DNA of 62,041 bases, the filler included, from Choristocarpus tenellus KU-1152 (Eukaryota; Protista; Phaeophyceae), in the NCBI GenBank assembly GCA_964200185.2. It is 10 parts of 10 records of this genome, joined end to end, with 100 filler letters (N's around TTAATTAATTAA, not from the genome) between each part and the next. Parts side by side here need not be neighbours in the genome. Positions count along the whole stretch, not along the records: positions 34,336 to 45,901 come from CAXNAD020002247.1; positions 46,002 to 51,184 come from CAXNAD020011587.1; positions 51,285 to 55,290 come from CAXNAD020016697.1; 7 more parts are not named here. The stretch is one strand, 5' to 3'. Under the pieces are notes generated by a model. The model was not told the DNA's origin. It did no database searches and was given only the letters and a program-made list of their open reading frames with translations. The translations under genes were made by a program, and so were the position numbers. The stretch's first letter is position 1. Every line of letters begins with the position of its first letter. Shown one piece after another: positions 38,598 through 51,789 of this stretch.

Positions 38598-40558
38598 CTT
38601 TATGGAAAGAATGTTAGGTTTTGTTGCAAAATTAGCTCTATAGATAGCAAGGAAGACATACAATCCCATTTTAATGTTCAAAGTAGTTTTAGTTCGTAGC
38701 TGTATGGTTCAAATAAAAATTCAGATGTACACTCAGCCTGTTACTGCAGCGGAGCGAGATATGTTTCCTATCTGATTTGAGGTTAGTTGCCTATGGCATA
38801 TAGTTGCAGAGAAGCTGACCAGTCAACAGAGACAGTTTGTCCTGTGCCAAATAAGAATTGAACCAGGATGAGTTGGAAGATAAACTTCGCACCAGTGTTT
38901 GCTGTGGTCTGTACCTCCATCAAGAGAAGTTTCTGTGCCTTCTATGGACAAAGTCTTGCTACCTCGTCCCGAAACTACTAGATCTCCCCTTCCCCTAGGA
39001 AGTGCCCCCTCAGGGGCGACTTTGAAGTCATTGGTTCCTTGACAAACGTTTTTTGCTGTCGATTATGATGCGAGCTACTGTTGCTGCTTAGAGTCAGTAC
39101 TGCTGTTTTTTTGTTCTTACAACACGAGAATACTTATATGGGACCCCATTAGCTTTTAAAATCATGCATAGAGCCTCCCTTATGGTGCAATTGTGAGTAG
39201 GGTGTAAATTATTTCGCATAGAAAATAAGTCGGACAGAAGACCAATTAATGAAAGGGCGAGTCATTTCCCATTGCGAATTCATGCAATTTTCCAGAATAC
39301 TTATATGGGACTCCATTAGCTTTTTCATCATGCATAGAGCCTCCCTTATCACTTGGTAGGGGATGTGCGTTTCACATACATTGCCCCAGGAAGGGTTCCA
39401 TGCTCTTAGTTGGAGGAGGGAAGGATGGAGGGAGGACATATTTGCCGAGGATCCACACCGAGCTCTAAATGCTTCCCCTGCCACAAATGTCTTAAGCCAC
39501 CCCTCTTCGTGCACCACATTCGCTCATACCCCCATCCCTCCCAAGAAATTAAGCCAGCACATCCAGTAGGCTATGAGTTCATTCATTGACAGTCTTGACT
39601 ACCGTTACGTAGTTTGCGTAAATCCAACTTACTCAATTATTCCCAATACTTGTTGAGCAAGCGAACACTCCAGTAGTATGTTGTCACTCCATCCTGTACA
39701 ATGCCGTGTAATCAGAGACCTATCCCATGCACCCTCTCTCTTCTCCTTATTCTGCAGTGATTTCCTTATGGCAGTAGCACCTACGACCCACAGGGATAGA
39801 CCATCCACTCATAGAAAGACTCATAGAAAGAAGATTTAACGAGAGAGAGATTTCTTGCGGCAAGGATTGTCAGCTGGGATTGAATAGTGTCATTGTTGCC
39901 GCCAGATAATCAACACGTTGTCTGTGAAGACGGAGGTGTTTTCCTTCGGCGTTGAATACATCTGGGACATACTACGAGTGCAAGGTACCCAAGGTGTAGG
40001 GGTGTGAGATTGAAACTACATATTTTGTCCCCTATTAAATAACTACCACGGGAGAATTGTACCACCTTCTTTCCTATTAAATCATAACATAACCTTTGTG
40101 CAAGATTATCAATTTCTGCTAAATCACAACCATAGGATTTGTGTATAGAGATGAGGTACTGACAGATCACCAATACAACGTTATCTTCTCTCGGCGAATA
40201 CGAATAGATCATTTACCTTCTTCGGTATCCTGACATGTTGGCATCCAGGTGCTTACGCTAGAGATAAATCGTTTGAGCAGATACATGTGTGCACCAAGAG
40301 TATACTGTAGAACTATAGCAAGAGTTATATCATTGTTTGTATTTTAAGTGCAAATACAAACTTGCACGAAATTCGAAGGCATTATAGGTGTCATGGCGCT
40401 AGTAATTGCTCAGGTTGATGGTTGATTATCGAGCTGAACCAATTGAGAGGTAGGCAGGTTTGGACCCTTTGTATTCTACGCTATGTTTCTTTCCCTATAC
40501 AATGCGCTCAATTTCATAGCTACATGTGATGTTCCCTCTTTCTACACACAGACTGACA

Positions 40559-41690
40559 TCACAATTGTATAGGTCGGACATCAATGTGCTTTGTTCTAGT
40601 AGAGCTTGTGGCATTTCGTACTAGTTTGCATGCACCATCGTTATCCTCAAACATGATGTCAATGCAACGCTTAGAAAACTGTGGCTGAATAAACTCAAAA
40701 AAGATTATCAAGAAAAAAACATCCTGTACTACACTGCTAAGAGCTATATACTCACTCTCCGTCCAAGACAGAGGTACAACTCTTTGTACCTTTGACATCC
40801 AAGATGTTGCCCCCCCCCTGTAAACATTATTGCTCCTCCAGTCACTGATCTACGATCATTCCAGTCTACAGCATAGCTAGGATCAGCATACGCACTCAAA
40901 TCACACTCAGTATCAAAACCACCTATCCAACACTGGGACACGCATTCAAATATGCTAAAATACACTTTACTGCACGCCAATGTGTGACTTTGGGATTACT
41001 CTGTACTTGGCAACTTCACGAACTGCATTTGCAATGTCTAGCCTAGTCATAACATATGCCCACATCACTCTACCAACTACCTCTCTGTACGGTGTATTTA
41101 CATCAACACTTGGATGATCCTCACTCTTGTCCAAAGTCCTTGAGAGATCACGGGGTATTGGCCTCTTCTTTGCCCCATCCATACCAAGTCTTTGTCAAAT
41201 ACTCTTAATATACCTAGTCTGACTGATGGTGACAGTCTGTGCAACTCTGTCATGTGAAATCTCATAACCCATATAATACTCAAGATCACGAAAATCTTCT
41301 ATAGAAAATTTACTCCTGGTTCTAGAGCGAACCCAAATCAAAATGTCTTTTATACCAGTTACTAAAAGGTCGTCTACATGGGGGGCTATCACAGTACCAA
41401 ACAACGCCATCTCTTACATAGTGTAACACAGAAGGATCTGCTCTGCAATTGCTCAAAACCACGCTGTACGAAAACGTGCACCAACAAATTGTTAGGCTCC
41501 CTGCTTGCCTGTTTTGTGCCATAACAAGCTTTCACTAAACGCACGATCTTTCTTGTCCATGTATCACATCCACAAAAGACAACAAATATTTCCTTTCTGA
41601 ATTCTGCTCTAATAAAAATCTGCTTCACATCCTAATGCACGAATCCTTGTCTGCAGCTAGTGCCAAAAATCATCCTTGAACAGATAGGCC
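40559..41690 (-). mobile_element. Ty1/Copia RT-RNase H relic (pseudogenised)
   Basis: Frameshifted ORFs carry VKACYGTKQASR, HVDDLLVTG, LEYYMGYEI, PYREVVGRVMWAYVMTRLDIANAV, AYADPSYA...RRSVTG, SWTESEYIAL, FEDNDGA and RTKHIDVR. Confidence 0.93.
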
Positions 41691-42772
41691 ATGTCATCAG
41701 GCCAAAGGTATAACAGAAAATCAAAATCCTTAGTCTCATGAAAATCCTGTTGCTATCAGATATGCCTTGGATCACACTACCTTACCGAATTTATTTAACT
41801 TGTGCTTGTGGATCTATGTGGTGTACATTTGCCTGCGTCCAGGGATTAATACGGCCTCCACCCAATGTACATGAAACCTATGTTAAATACTTGTTGTATC
41901 AGTACAGACAACATAAGGACAACACTAGGTTATTCGACACAGCACGTTCCAAAGCTTACCTACACGGGAAGTATAGCTCCAGTCCACAAACCTACAGATG
42001 GCGCTGATGCTCGTACAGGACTCGTGTGGTACATCGACAATCAAAAGGCCCAGCGAGGATGGTGAATATCAGGTCAAAAGATTAAGGTATACTCTCATTC
42101 AATGTAAGTGTACGACATGGATTAAAAGATAGTTACAGCTGAGAGCTACCATTCATTAATCCAATTTCGAGTTTACAAATGCCGTAATACAACTGAAAAC
42201 TGTTGTTTTATTCTAAGTTACAGATCTAACTCTGCAGCTTTAACATATCAGACTTCCTCATTTGGGGGTTCCGTGCGCATGCTTACTGCTCGCACTGGTT
42301 AGAGTGCAAAATAAAAACTTGCGCTATTTGCCTGAAACATGCCCCCCAGCCTGAACTAGGTATACATGTTCCACGCTTACCACAGGCGACTGTCATAGGT
42401 TAACACAATAGATATCATCTATCACCTCAATCGTGCTGCAGCAGCATGTACTGGTTGCCATTGGATGACAGGGGGACCCTAGTTCCAAATTAGTCAGTTG
42501 TTTCCAACACAGGGACTCCAGTTCAATATTAGCCTGTTGTTTCTAACACAGGGATTCCAGTCCCAAATGAACCAGTTGTTTCCAACATTGATCGGCATAT
42601 CTCCTTGTTTCTTTGGGGATGAATCTCTAGAAATCATAAGACACAGTCAGAGTCTATACACGTTTGACCAAATCAGAGTCTGCACTTTAATAAAAAAAAA
42701 CGTAGCTCTGACTAGGCCCAAAATAGATCAACAGATGTCCTAGTTTTCCTTAGGAGAATCTGTCCCAAGGGT

Positions 42773-42952
42773 GACCCAAAGTATCTGTGGGGGAGGGGGG
42801 GGGTTCTACGCCAGGGTGTCCATTTGGACCAAAAGCAGGAAAAGTGCACCTACATCTATCCATTCGATGTATGCAACCAAATCACCCAAAAATCTTGACA
42901 TGAAATATTGATCCCAAAGGGACAGCCGCCACCCCCCCAGATACTTCGAGCC
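42773..42952 (-). mobile_element. MITE family B, TSD GGT
   Basis: 180 bp; the empty site CCCAAGGGTCACAG is present in the paralogous copy at ~43858. Confidence 0.92.
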
Positions 42953-44085
42953 GGTCACAGAATATCGTCAGAGTCGGTTAGCATCTGGCCTAATCCAATT
43001 ACACACTTGTTCTTGTTTGGAGGTCTGGTTCTAAATTTACAAAGCATACTGTTACAGCACGCTCCTAGAGCTTACCTCCACGGGATGTATAGTTCCAATC
43101 CACAGGCCTATAGATGGCACTGATGCTTGTACACCACTCCTGGGATACTCCGACAGTCAAAAGGTCCAACGAGGATGATGAATATCAAGTCAGCAGATAA
43201 AGGTATACTTCTGAGTCAACGAGAACATATATATGGAATAAACTTCAGAAGTGAGAGGGGTGGGCACCTCTTTTATTCATCATTTATTTATTCCAGTTTA
43301 CAGATATTGAGATACATCTGAAAACCGGTGCATATATTTTCAAGTTACATATCTTACTCTGCAACGTTTCAGCAAGTCAGAGTTCCCTTTTTTTGTTGGG
43401 TTCCACACGCGCGTACACTACTTGCGCTGGTTAGAGTGCGGAAGGAATACTTGCGTCATTTGTCTGAAACATGCCCCCTCGTGTGAACTAGGTATACATG
43501 TTCCATGCTTAACACAGACGATTGTCATGGGTTAAGAAAATAAATATCATCCATCACCTTAGATCATGTTGCAGCAGCATGTATTGGTTACCATTGGATG
43601 ACAGAGGAACTCCAGCTCCAAATTTAGCATTTTTTTCCAACACAGGGACTCCAGTTCCAAATTAAGTAGTTGTTCCCAGCAATGATCGACATATCTCCTA
43701 GTTTCTTTTGGGAATGGACCACCTAAAGTCGTAAGACACAGTCAGAATCAATAAATGTCTGACCAAATCAGAGTATATACTTAAATTAAAAATATATAAC
43801 TCCGACTAGGCCCAAAATAGATCAACAAATAACCTTGTTTTCCTTGGGATATTCTGTCCCAAGGGTCACAGAATACAATCAGAGTCAGTTTGCATCTGGT
43901 CTAATCCGAGTATACACTTGCTCCTTCTGAAACACACCTTCAAAAGTTACAAAGCATACATCTCTGATATGGCCTAAAATAAATGGGTCCCCAGTTCCGA
44001 TCCCGCTGATCACAAATGTGGTTAATATATATTTAATGTGTCTGTCCACAAGGTCAGGATACAATATCAAACTGTATCTGGTCTA

Positions 44086-44343
44086 GAGTGAACGTATCTT
44101 AGAGGGTACGAGTTTTGCCCTGCCTGTCCATTTGGGCTTGGCTTCCCATGGACTTCTTTAGTACATTTTCCTACTCCAAAATGTTTCGGAGTAGGTAAAA
44201 TGTGTATGTTATGAAAAGGTGTGTCCACAACATGGATATTGACACTTCCTAACAAACACGATAGTCAAAACTACGTCAAAATTGCAACATTGAATTCTGG
44301 CCCCCAAATGGATACGGCTCTACCCTCTCAGATACTTTGACTC
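44086..44343 (+). mobile_element. MITE family A, TSD CTA
   Basis: 258 bp; the empty site TCTGGTCTAATCCGAG is present at ~43895. Confidence 0.92.
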
Positions 44344-45436
44344 CTAATCCGAGTATACGCTTGGTCTTTCTGAACCAGACCCTCAAAACTTACAAAGTAT
44401 ATAGCTCTGATTAGGCCTACAGTCAATGGGTACTTTGTTCCAATCTTCCCAATCACGAATGTGAGTAATGTATATGCATGGGTTTCTATTCTATACCAAG
44501 GTTCTATTCTGTGTCTGCATCGTAAGTGCTCTCAAGGAATAGATTCTCAACCCCTATACATTTCATCACTTGCTGGATATCGGCTGATTATCCGTCCTAT
44601 ACCCCCCAAACACAAAGCATACTCAAGCATCCTAGTGTGCAAAACAGGTAATGACAAATAAAAGAAAAAAATGGTGGATAATGAGAGGAACAAAATTGGG
44701 AGAAAAAATAAAAAATAAGATTGTGCTATAGGATCAGAACCAAGAAATAAAAATAAATAAATAATAGAAGTGTGAGATATTCTTAAAACAAATAATAAGG
44801 AATCGAAAATGCAACATCACAGAAATCGGTTGCGAAATAGCAAAAGGGAAAAAAAGGTTATTGTATTGGGTTTTTTTCAAAAGAGTACAGGCTATCCAAC
44901 CCATATTACTGTATGCTCTGATGTGGGTGGCTTCTTGGTTCCAACTTCTCTTATCCTACTTTCCTTTCAGTGACTATGACTTTCGATGCCTTCTCTTGTT
45001 CTGGCATGCACCAGCTAATCTTCACCTTGTCTTTAGGGCATACAGTTGTTACCTGCTGGGAGGTCTTCTGGAGAAGCCACTTATCTCTCTCCTGTTGAAT
45101 TCCTCCCGATTTCCATCCTTCAACCATATCCTTCAGTAGTGTGACTTGAAGTTAAGAACTGGATCTGCGCACCACCTGTTTCTTCCTCTTTCATCCTTCC
45201 ACGACTTTTTGACACTGGTACCTATAGGGAAGAGGCGTAGCATATCCTCTCGGGGAAAGAGTCTTGGGTGGAAACATTAGTTGGCCTTGGTCTTGTGTTA
45301 GGATTGTAAAAGTCCCGAAAGGCATGATAAACATCCAACTGTAGTGAGGTAAAGCTGTTTATTGTTTCTGTTTTTGTTTTATCCAGACCGACAACTATCC
45401 ATCTTGTAAATTTCCTTTGTACTACAGTGCCATTCG

Positions 45437-45901
45437 CTAAGGGCTGATAAGGGAACCGCTACTACAGGATCTGGATGTTGGAACTCTGACAAAAGGTACC
45501 CACGGTGACTGTGTGGATGGTCGGAAGCCTTGACCTTCTCTAAATGACAGTATGCTCTGGTGTTGTCCACAAAATGTTGCTCCTAAAATAATTTCGTAAG
45601 GCAGTCCCACCACTATCCTAAATCGTACATTTCGCACTTCATCCTCTGGGGGAAACGCTATTGGAACTTTGCATGACCCCAATACCTGCATTGGTGGAAT
45701 ATTGCACCTTCTGGGGTTTGCTGTATGTAAGGTACCTTTGTCTGCTATGTTGAGATGTGGTAAGACGTGGTAAGACGTTCCCACCCACCCAAGGAGGGGT
45801 GCTGTGCGCCAAGAAACAGACGAGACGTAATTCCCCCCCCCCGCACCTGTGTCAAGGAGTACCTGGACAGGCATTCTTGAGTGGATATTGTGTCGAATAA
45901 C
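45437..45901 (-). mobile_element. Ty3/Gypsy aspartic protease fragment
   Basis: VLLDTGAGGGNYVS ... GLPYEIILGATF; homologous to the protease at 51790-52000. Confidence 0.85.
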
Positions 45902-46169
45902 NNNNNNNNNNNNNNNNNNNNNNNNNNNNNNNNNNNNNNNNNNNNTTAATTAATTAANNNNNNNNNNNNNNNNNNNNNNNNNNNNNNNNNNNNNNNNNNN
46001 NAAAAATTCTCACAGCGCACCCCCCCCCCAAAAAAAAACAAAAACATACACGATGAATATTTATACATACATGCATATATATTTAGTTTGTGTGAAAACA
46101 TACTTCTGTTAAAAATAAATAAATCGGTATGGAGGTGAGACGACTCGTCTCCAGTGTTTCGAAGAAGGA

Positions 46170-46470
46170 ATACAATCGGAACAGACCTTCTGGTAGTACT
46201 ATTTAAAAAATAAAATAAAATCGGAACAGACCTTCTGATAGTACTATTTAAAAAAAAAATACAATCGGAACAGACCTTCTGATGGTACTATTAAAAAAAA
46301 TACAATCGGAACACACCTTCTGATATTACTATTAAAAAAAAATACAATCGGAACACACCTTCTGATATTACAATTTAAAAAACCCCAATCAGAACACACC
46401 TTCTGATAGTACTATTAAAAAAAAACAATCGGAACACACCTTCTGATATTACTATTAAAAAAAAAAAACT
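46170..46470. repeat. Minisatellite, 7 copies of ~41 bp (AATCGGAACASACCTTCTGATAKTACTATT + poly-A)
   Basis: Direct tandem units starting at about 46174, 46219, 46263, 46304, 46346, 46387 and 46427. Confidence 0.9.
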
Positions 46471-47388
46471 GACCTTCTCGAGAGGAATCTACTGATCCGA
46501 ATACGAACTTGTGTGTGAATTGAATTTGAAAATTTTGGAGTTTAACCTTATTTGTACCCCCTCCCTCCTTCTCCTTGGAGGTGTCATGCTGTAAGTAGTA
46601 TATTGTAGCAATTTCTTCTACGTATGTTACTGGTCGAATGAGATACACTGGAACTATTTAAGCTTTGATAAAAAAACTATTCTACTTTTGTGAGTTGGAT
46701 CTCGCGAAATACTGTTCTATTGTTGCAGTTTGATACATATATTTTCAAATGCATGTGTTGTCTGTTGTGATTTAGATTCTAAGAAAAATATACATACTAT
46801 TCTACTTTTTCTTAACAATAACATTGTACTACCATAATTTTCATTTTGAAAAAATGATTTTCGAAATATCCCCTGGTCTTCCCGAAGGTGTTACCACCTG
46901 ATGTTGTCTTTTGACAGGGTTGGCATGGGGCATAAAAAGCTAACCCTAACCCTAATTCAAACCTGGCTATCTCCCAGCCTGGTGTAACGCCTTCAATATA
47001 ATATATATACTACCAAGTGGACAGTGTTGAATTTATTTAGGCCTTGTAGAGATACATCTACCATTACGACTTTTAGCATCTATCTGGTTAGGGGGGGGGA
47101 AGAGGATGGGACAAAGGTGTAGTGGTAGGTATGTAACTCAAGGCAACTACTGCCTGCACGATTTTCTTATGAAGTGTGGTTTGAGGTTAGTTCAGTTTTA
47201 TCACTGACTCAAAAAACTCACAACTCAAAACTCAAATATATATATGTGTATATATATATATGTATGTATAAATTTGTATTTATTTTCTCATTGCCGACTC
47301 GAACTCCTCACATTTTTTTTGTTTTCTCACTTTTTTGTTAAAAAAAAAAATGTATCCTCCCCAATCGACCCCTCTCTATCTTGGATAG

Positions 47389-49696
47389 GTGCCCCAGTCT
47401 TCCGGAGAGGCGTATGCGGAGCTATTGTCATCACCCTTCATGGCCTTTCTCGTCAGGAGCAAAGGTATGGAATTTGTTGCTGATCCACAGTAGAGTTCTA
47501 CGAGCTATTTTTTTTTTTTCATAGCTTCAATTGCGAAGTGTGTGTGTTGTGTGTGTTGTGTGTGTTGTCTGTGTTACGTGTGTGTGTGTGTGTGTGTGTG
47601 TGTCTGTGTGCAGTGACTTAGGTGACATTTGATATATCCATTGATTTGTCATCATTCTTGGATTGTGAGGGAGGAGATGTTTTCTTGTGATATTGGAAAG
47701 GGATGTGGGGGGTGGGGGGTGGGGGAGAGAGAGGTTGACGTGCTATAGATTAAACTAGAAGTATTTGGAGTAATTTTCATTTTTTTTATTTGATAAGTGA
47801 GTGCAATTGTGGGATTATTTTTTATTTGTTTTAATATTGAACCAGTGTACTATTTTTTGTACGATTGGATAGAAGGGGTGCAGATTAAAAATAATAATGA
47901 TATACTTTTATTAGTAATATTAACAATAGTGACACAATGTGGCTACTAGTAATGTAACTGTAACATTTTTTGTTCTTACACGATGATCGTTGAGAAGATT
48001 GGGATTGATTATTTTGATGTGTCTATGTCTACATGTTGTATATATAAAGTTATAAATTAGTAATAATAAGAAATGAAATAGTAACTTTAGTAAATAAATA
48101 ATAAGCAATGAATTAGTAATAGTATGTAATAAATGAGTAAATTAGTAGTATATAAGAAATGTTTTATTGGTAAATAAGCAATGCAGAAGTAATAAATATG
48201 CAATGAATTAGTGGTAAATAATCAATAAACAAGTAAAAATTAATTAGTAATAAATAAGCAATGAACTAGTGGTAAATAATCGATAAACAAGTAGTATGCA
48301 TACAAGTAGTAAAAGAGTAGTAATTGATTCGTGCAGTGTCTGTACTGTCCAGTAATAGGTACTCTTTGAAAAATTGAAATGTTGAGTGCCATCCCTCGCC
48401 TTACGGAATCATTTTCTTTTTTCTTGGGTGATCCGACCTACTTTCTTGGAGCATGCATCATACATGCAGACGAATTTAATCTGTAGGTCTGCAATAACAG
48501 AAATCAGGTGCCAGTTTGTTCATACACACACCAAACATTTGTGTAGTAGTGCAAAGTGCTTCTCCTGTCCCCCCCCCACTTTCCCCCCACCGTTTTTTTT
48601 TTTAATTTTAGTTCCTCTAGAAACATTTTTTAAAAAGAAAGATGTTTCTCGGAAAGTCACTTGTGACCCGTTCTTGTAACAAACATCCCCCCTCTTCACA
48701 CACACACACACACACACACACCCTCCCCCCAGGGAATGCTGGAGTCATTGTTTTCCACTTTGGTGCTTGACAGTACATGCAACAGATGCATTTTAAAGAG
48801 GATGTCGTTTTGGAATAGGAAGAACATTTTGATGTAAAGAGGGCTTAGCTCGTTGTCAACTTTGTCACACCCAAGTGGTTTGCACATTCACGTGGATTTT
48901 ACATGGATTATTTTATTTGGTTGTTTGTTCTCCCCACATTGAGAGAAGAGGACACCCTGCACTTAATAGAGCAGCAGCAGCAGTAGGTTCAATAATCTAT
49001 TGAGGCCTTTTCAACTGTAGCAAAGCTTCTATATTCCTGTATGATACGGATTGGTAGGGTTAGGGCTAGTGGTCACTGAGAATGTATGATTCGCTCTTTG
49101 CGGGGATATGAACCTTTCTTTTAGCCTGATGCCCCAGACTATTTAGTGAGGAGGAACAAAAGAAGGATGCGCTTCATATTCTCCCTCTCTCCCTCTCTCT
49201 CTCTCTCCACATCCCCCATCCATCTTCTTGTTTAAACGATAATAATATTGATTTTTATTAATAAAATATAAATGTGTTCTTTCACAGCATGGTGAGTACG
49301 AACGACCCTTGAGAGACAAGGCATCAACCTTTTAAAAAATGTCATGGTAATGATAATAATAATAATAATAATAATAGTAATTCAAGAATATACAAAGTGT
49401 TCTTTCACAGCATGGTGAGTACGGCTCTTCAGAGACAAGGCATCACCTCTTCAAAAATTTCATAGTAATAATAATAATAATAATACAAGAATATACAAAC
49501 TTTTCTTTCACAGCATGGTGAGTGCGATTCTTGGAGACAAGGCATTGACATTTTTTTAAGTATCATAATGGTGATAATAATAATAATAATAAAAAATACA
49601 ATGTGTTCTTTCTCAGCGTGGCGAGTGCGACTCTTGGGGGACAAGGCGTTGTTGGTGAAGCTGGGGATAGAAATGCTGACGGGTACCGTTGCCCAG
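47389..49696 (+). CDS. RETICULATA-related (DUF3411-type) plastid envelope protein, two internal exons
   Basis: Exons 47389-47464 and 49617-49696 join in phase 1 to give YAELLSSPFMAFLVRSKAWRVRLLGDKALLVKLGIEMLTGTVAQ, resembling the RER-family segment FRERLLADxxFLxKLxxE (recalled from memory). Confidence 0.65.
49265..49645 (+). repeat. Four tandem ~100-120 bp units, each containing a 3' splice site and the exon start
   Basis: TTCTTTCACAGCATGGTGAGT...GACAAGGC occurs three times, followed by the functional TTCTTTCTCAG|CGTGGCGAGT...GACAAGGC. Confidence 0.85.
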
Positions 49697-50936
49697 GTGA
49701 GAAAAGAAATAAGAATGTAGTGTTCTTTTCTAATATTTCTTTTTATTTGTTTGAATTTCTTGTTCCTTCTAATATTCGATAGGAATGGACCTCTCTCTCT
49801 CTCTCTCCGAAATTTCTCGATTTTTTTTTTTCCCCTCAATATTTTTAAAAATAGGAACACGGGACGGGACTTTTTTTAATTTTATTGTTCCGAGGAGCGG
49901 ATCTTCACTGAAACAAGGTTGTAGAATTTGAATTTTATTGTTGTTATTATTGTTGTTAAATTATTATTTTCCTGGTTCGGAACAGGCCTTATCCAGTACA
50001 GCATTGAAGGATGCTGTGAGAAAAATAATAATGTTTTTTTGGTTGCAACTGTGAATGTCTCTTCGAATATAAATAATAATATATGTATGTTTTTAATATG
50101 ACATCCTCTTTGTAACTACTGTAGCTTTGTAGTGGTAAGTATCACCCCCCCTTCCCCTTCACCCACAAGTGTTTTTTGAAAAGTTTTTTTTTTTAGATTA
50201 AGAATATATGCGGTGATCTGTCTTTTAAGAGCAGTCTGAGGGATCTCGAACCCCTGTCTGTGGATGAAAGGTGGCATAGGTGGGGGAACTAAGGATGATA
50301 ACATAAAAGTAAAAAAAAACATTCATGTTAATAATAAGAAAATTCTATTTATTTGATGTTGTGCTTCTTCAACATAGTAAGAGAACAAGTACAGTGTTTC
50401 GGAATGAATCACTACTGAGAAAAGAGCATCGATTTTTACAGTACATAACGGTTGGGTAAGTTAGATGGGAACGCCTACGTGGATTTTGCAAAACTGAACT
50501 GTGTCGAGTTTTATTTTATTTTTGTTGTGAATAGAACGTTTTAGTTCTATCGCTGAGATCTGCGTTCAATGTGGCATGGGAAGACCGACCGATCAGAAGT
50601 CATCCCCCCCAATTTTTGGTTTTAGTTTATTTATTATTTTTTAAATCATTTTTGTCTTTGCTTAATCGATGCACTTACCATTTGAATCATGATGGTTCAC
50701 AACACTTTTTTTATTATTTGAAGGGTGCGCTACCGTACAGTAATGCATGCGACTTTATATATTCCATCTTGTGTATTTTTACTATTTTTATGACATGTAC
50801 AATTGTCTTCTTTTTTTTAACTTTGTTGTATATACAATTTTATTTTTATTTTTTCTCTGCAATAGATGAAGGATGTGCCGTGTATGGGGTACTTTTTGCT
50901 TATTTTTTTCTCCCTTGTGGTGCAACATGGTTGTGA

Positions 50937-51184
50937 GTGGAACTGCTGGTGAGACTGGTACTGTACCCCATTAATATTAAGTGGAACTCCTAGTGATACT
51001 GCTACTGTACCCCATTGATAGTAAATGGAACTGCAGGTGGGACTGGTACTGTACCCCACTAGTAGTAAGTGAAACTACTGGTGGCACTGGTACTGTACCC
51101 CATTAATAGTATGTAAACTATTGGTGGGACTGGTACGATACCCATGAATAGTAAATGGAACTGCAGGTGGGACTGGTACTGTAC
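50937..51184. repeat. Minisatellite, ~6 copies of ~44 bp (GGAACTGCAGGTGGGACTGGTACTGTACCCC...)
   Basis: Tandem units run into the contig end. Confidence 0.85.
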
Positions 51185-51284
51185 NNNNNNNNNNNNNNNN
51201 NNNNNNNNNNNNNNNNNNNNNNNNNNNNTTAATTAATTAANNNNNNNNNNNNNNNNNNNNNNNNNNNNNNNNNNNNNNNNNNNN

Positions 51285-51789
51285 GGGTACGAGTTTTGCC
51301 CTGTTTGTCCATTTGGGAAATGGCTTCCCATGGGTTCTTTTATGACATTTTGCTATTCCAAAATATTTAGGAGTAGCTAAAGTGTGTATGTTATGAAAAG
51401 GTGTGTCTGGAACATGGATATTGACTCTTCCTAACAAACACAATAGCCAATATTACATCAAAATCGCAACATTGGATTTTCGCCCCCCAAATGGACGCGG
51501 CTCTAGAGTGACAGTATCTTAGAGGGTACGAGTTTTGCCCTGTTTGTCCATTTGGAGCGTGGCTTCCCATGGGGTTTTTATGATATTTTGCCTACTCCAA
51601 AATGTTTCGGAGAAGGTAATATGTATATGTTATGAAATGGTGTGTCCGGAACAAGGATGCTGACACTTCCTAACAAATACGACAGACAAAATTACATGGA
51701 AATCGCAACATTGGATTTTGGCCCCCAAATGGATGCGGCCCTACCCTTTAAGATACTTTGACTCTCTACCCTTTAAGATACTTTGGCTC
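51285..51789 (+). mobile_element. Family A MITE (51506-51764) nested inside another family A MITE
   Basis: The outer copy is interrupted at CGGCTCTA|...|TCTACCCTTTAAGATACTTTGGCTC. The outer copy itself abuts the Gypsy protease. Confidence 0.85.

Larger units (their letters stand above)
41938..44460. repeat. Diverged ~0.9-1 kb tandem duplication (two copies plus a partial third)
   Basis: ~41938-43050 aligns with ~43053-43980 (e.g. CAGCACG..CC.A.AGCTTACCT; GAACTAGGTATACATGTTCCA; GACTAGGCCCAAAATAGATCAACA). ~44067-44460 repeats the distal part. Confidence 0.85.

Noticed and set aside
46170-46470. CRISPR-like appearance of regularly spaced ~30-bp repeats
   Set aside because: The intervening sequence is only variable poly-A, not unique spacers; there are no cas genes and the context is eukaryotic.
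46888-46915. Possible upstream RETICULATA exon (VLPPDVVF)
   Set aside because: An in-frame TGA follows and I found no convincing donor.
50937-51184. Second CRISPR-like array
   Set aside because: Units are homologous along their whole length, so this is an ordinary minisatellite.
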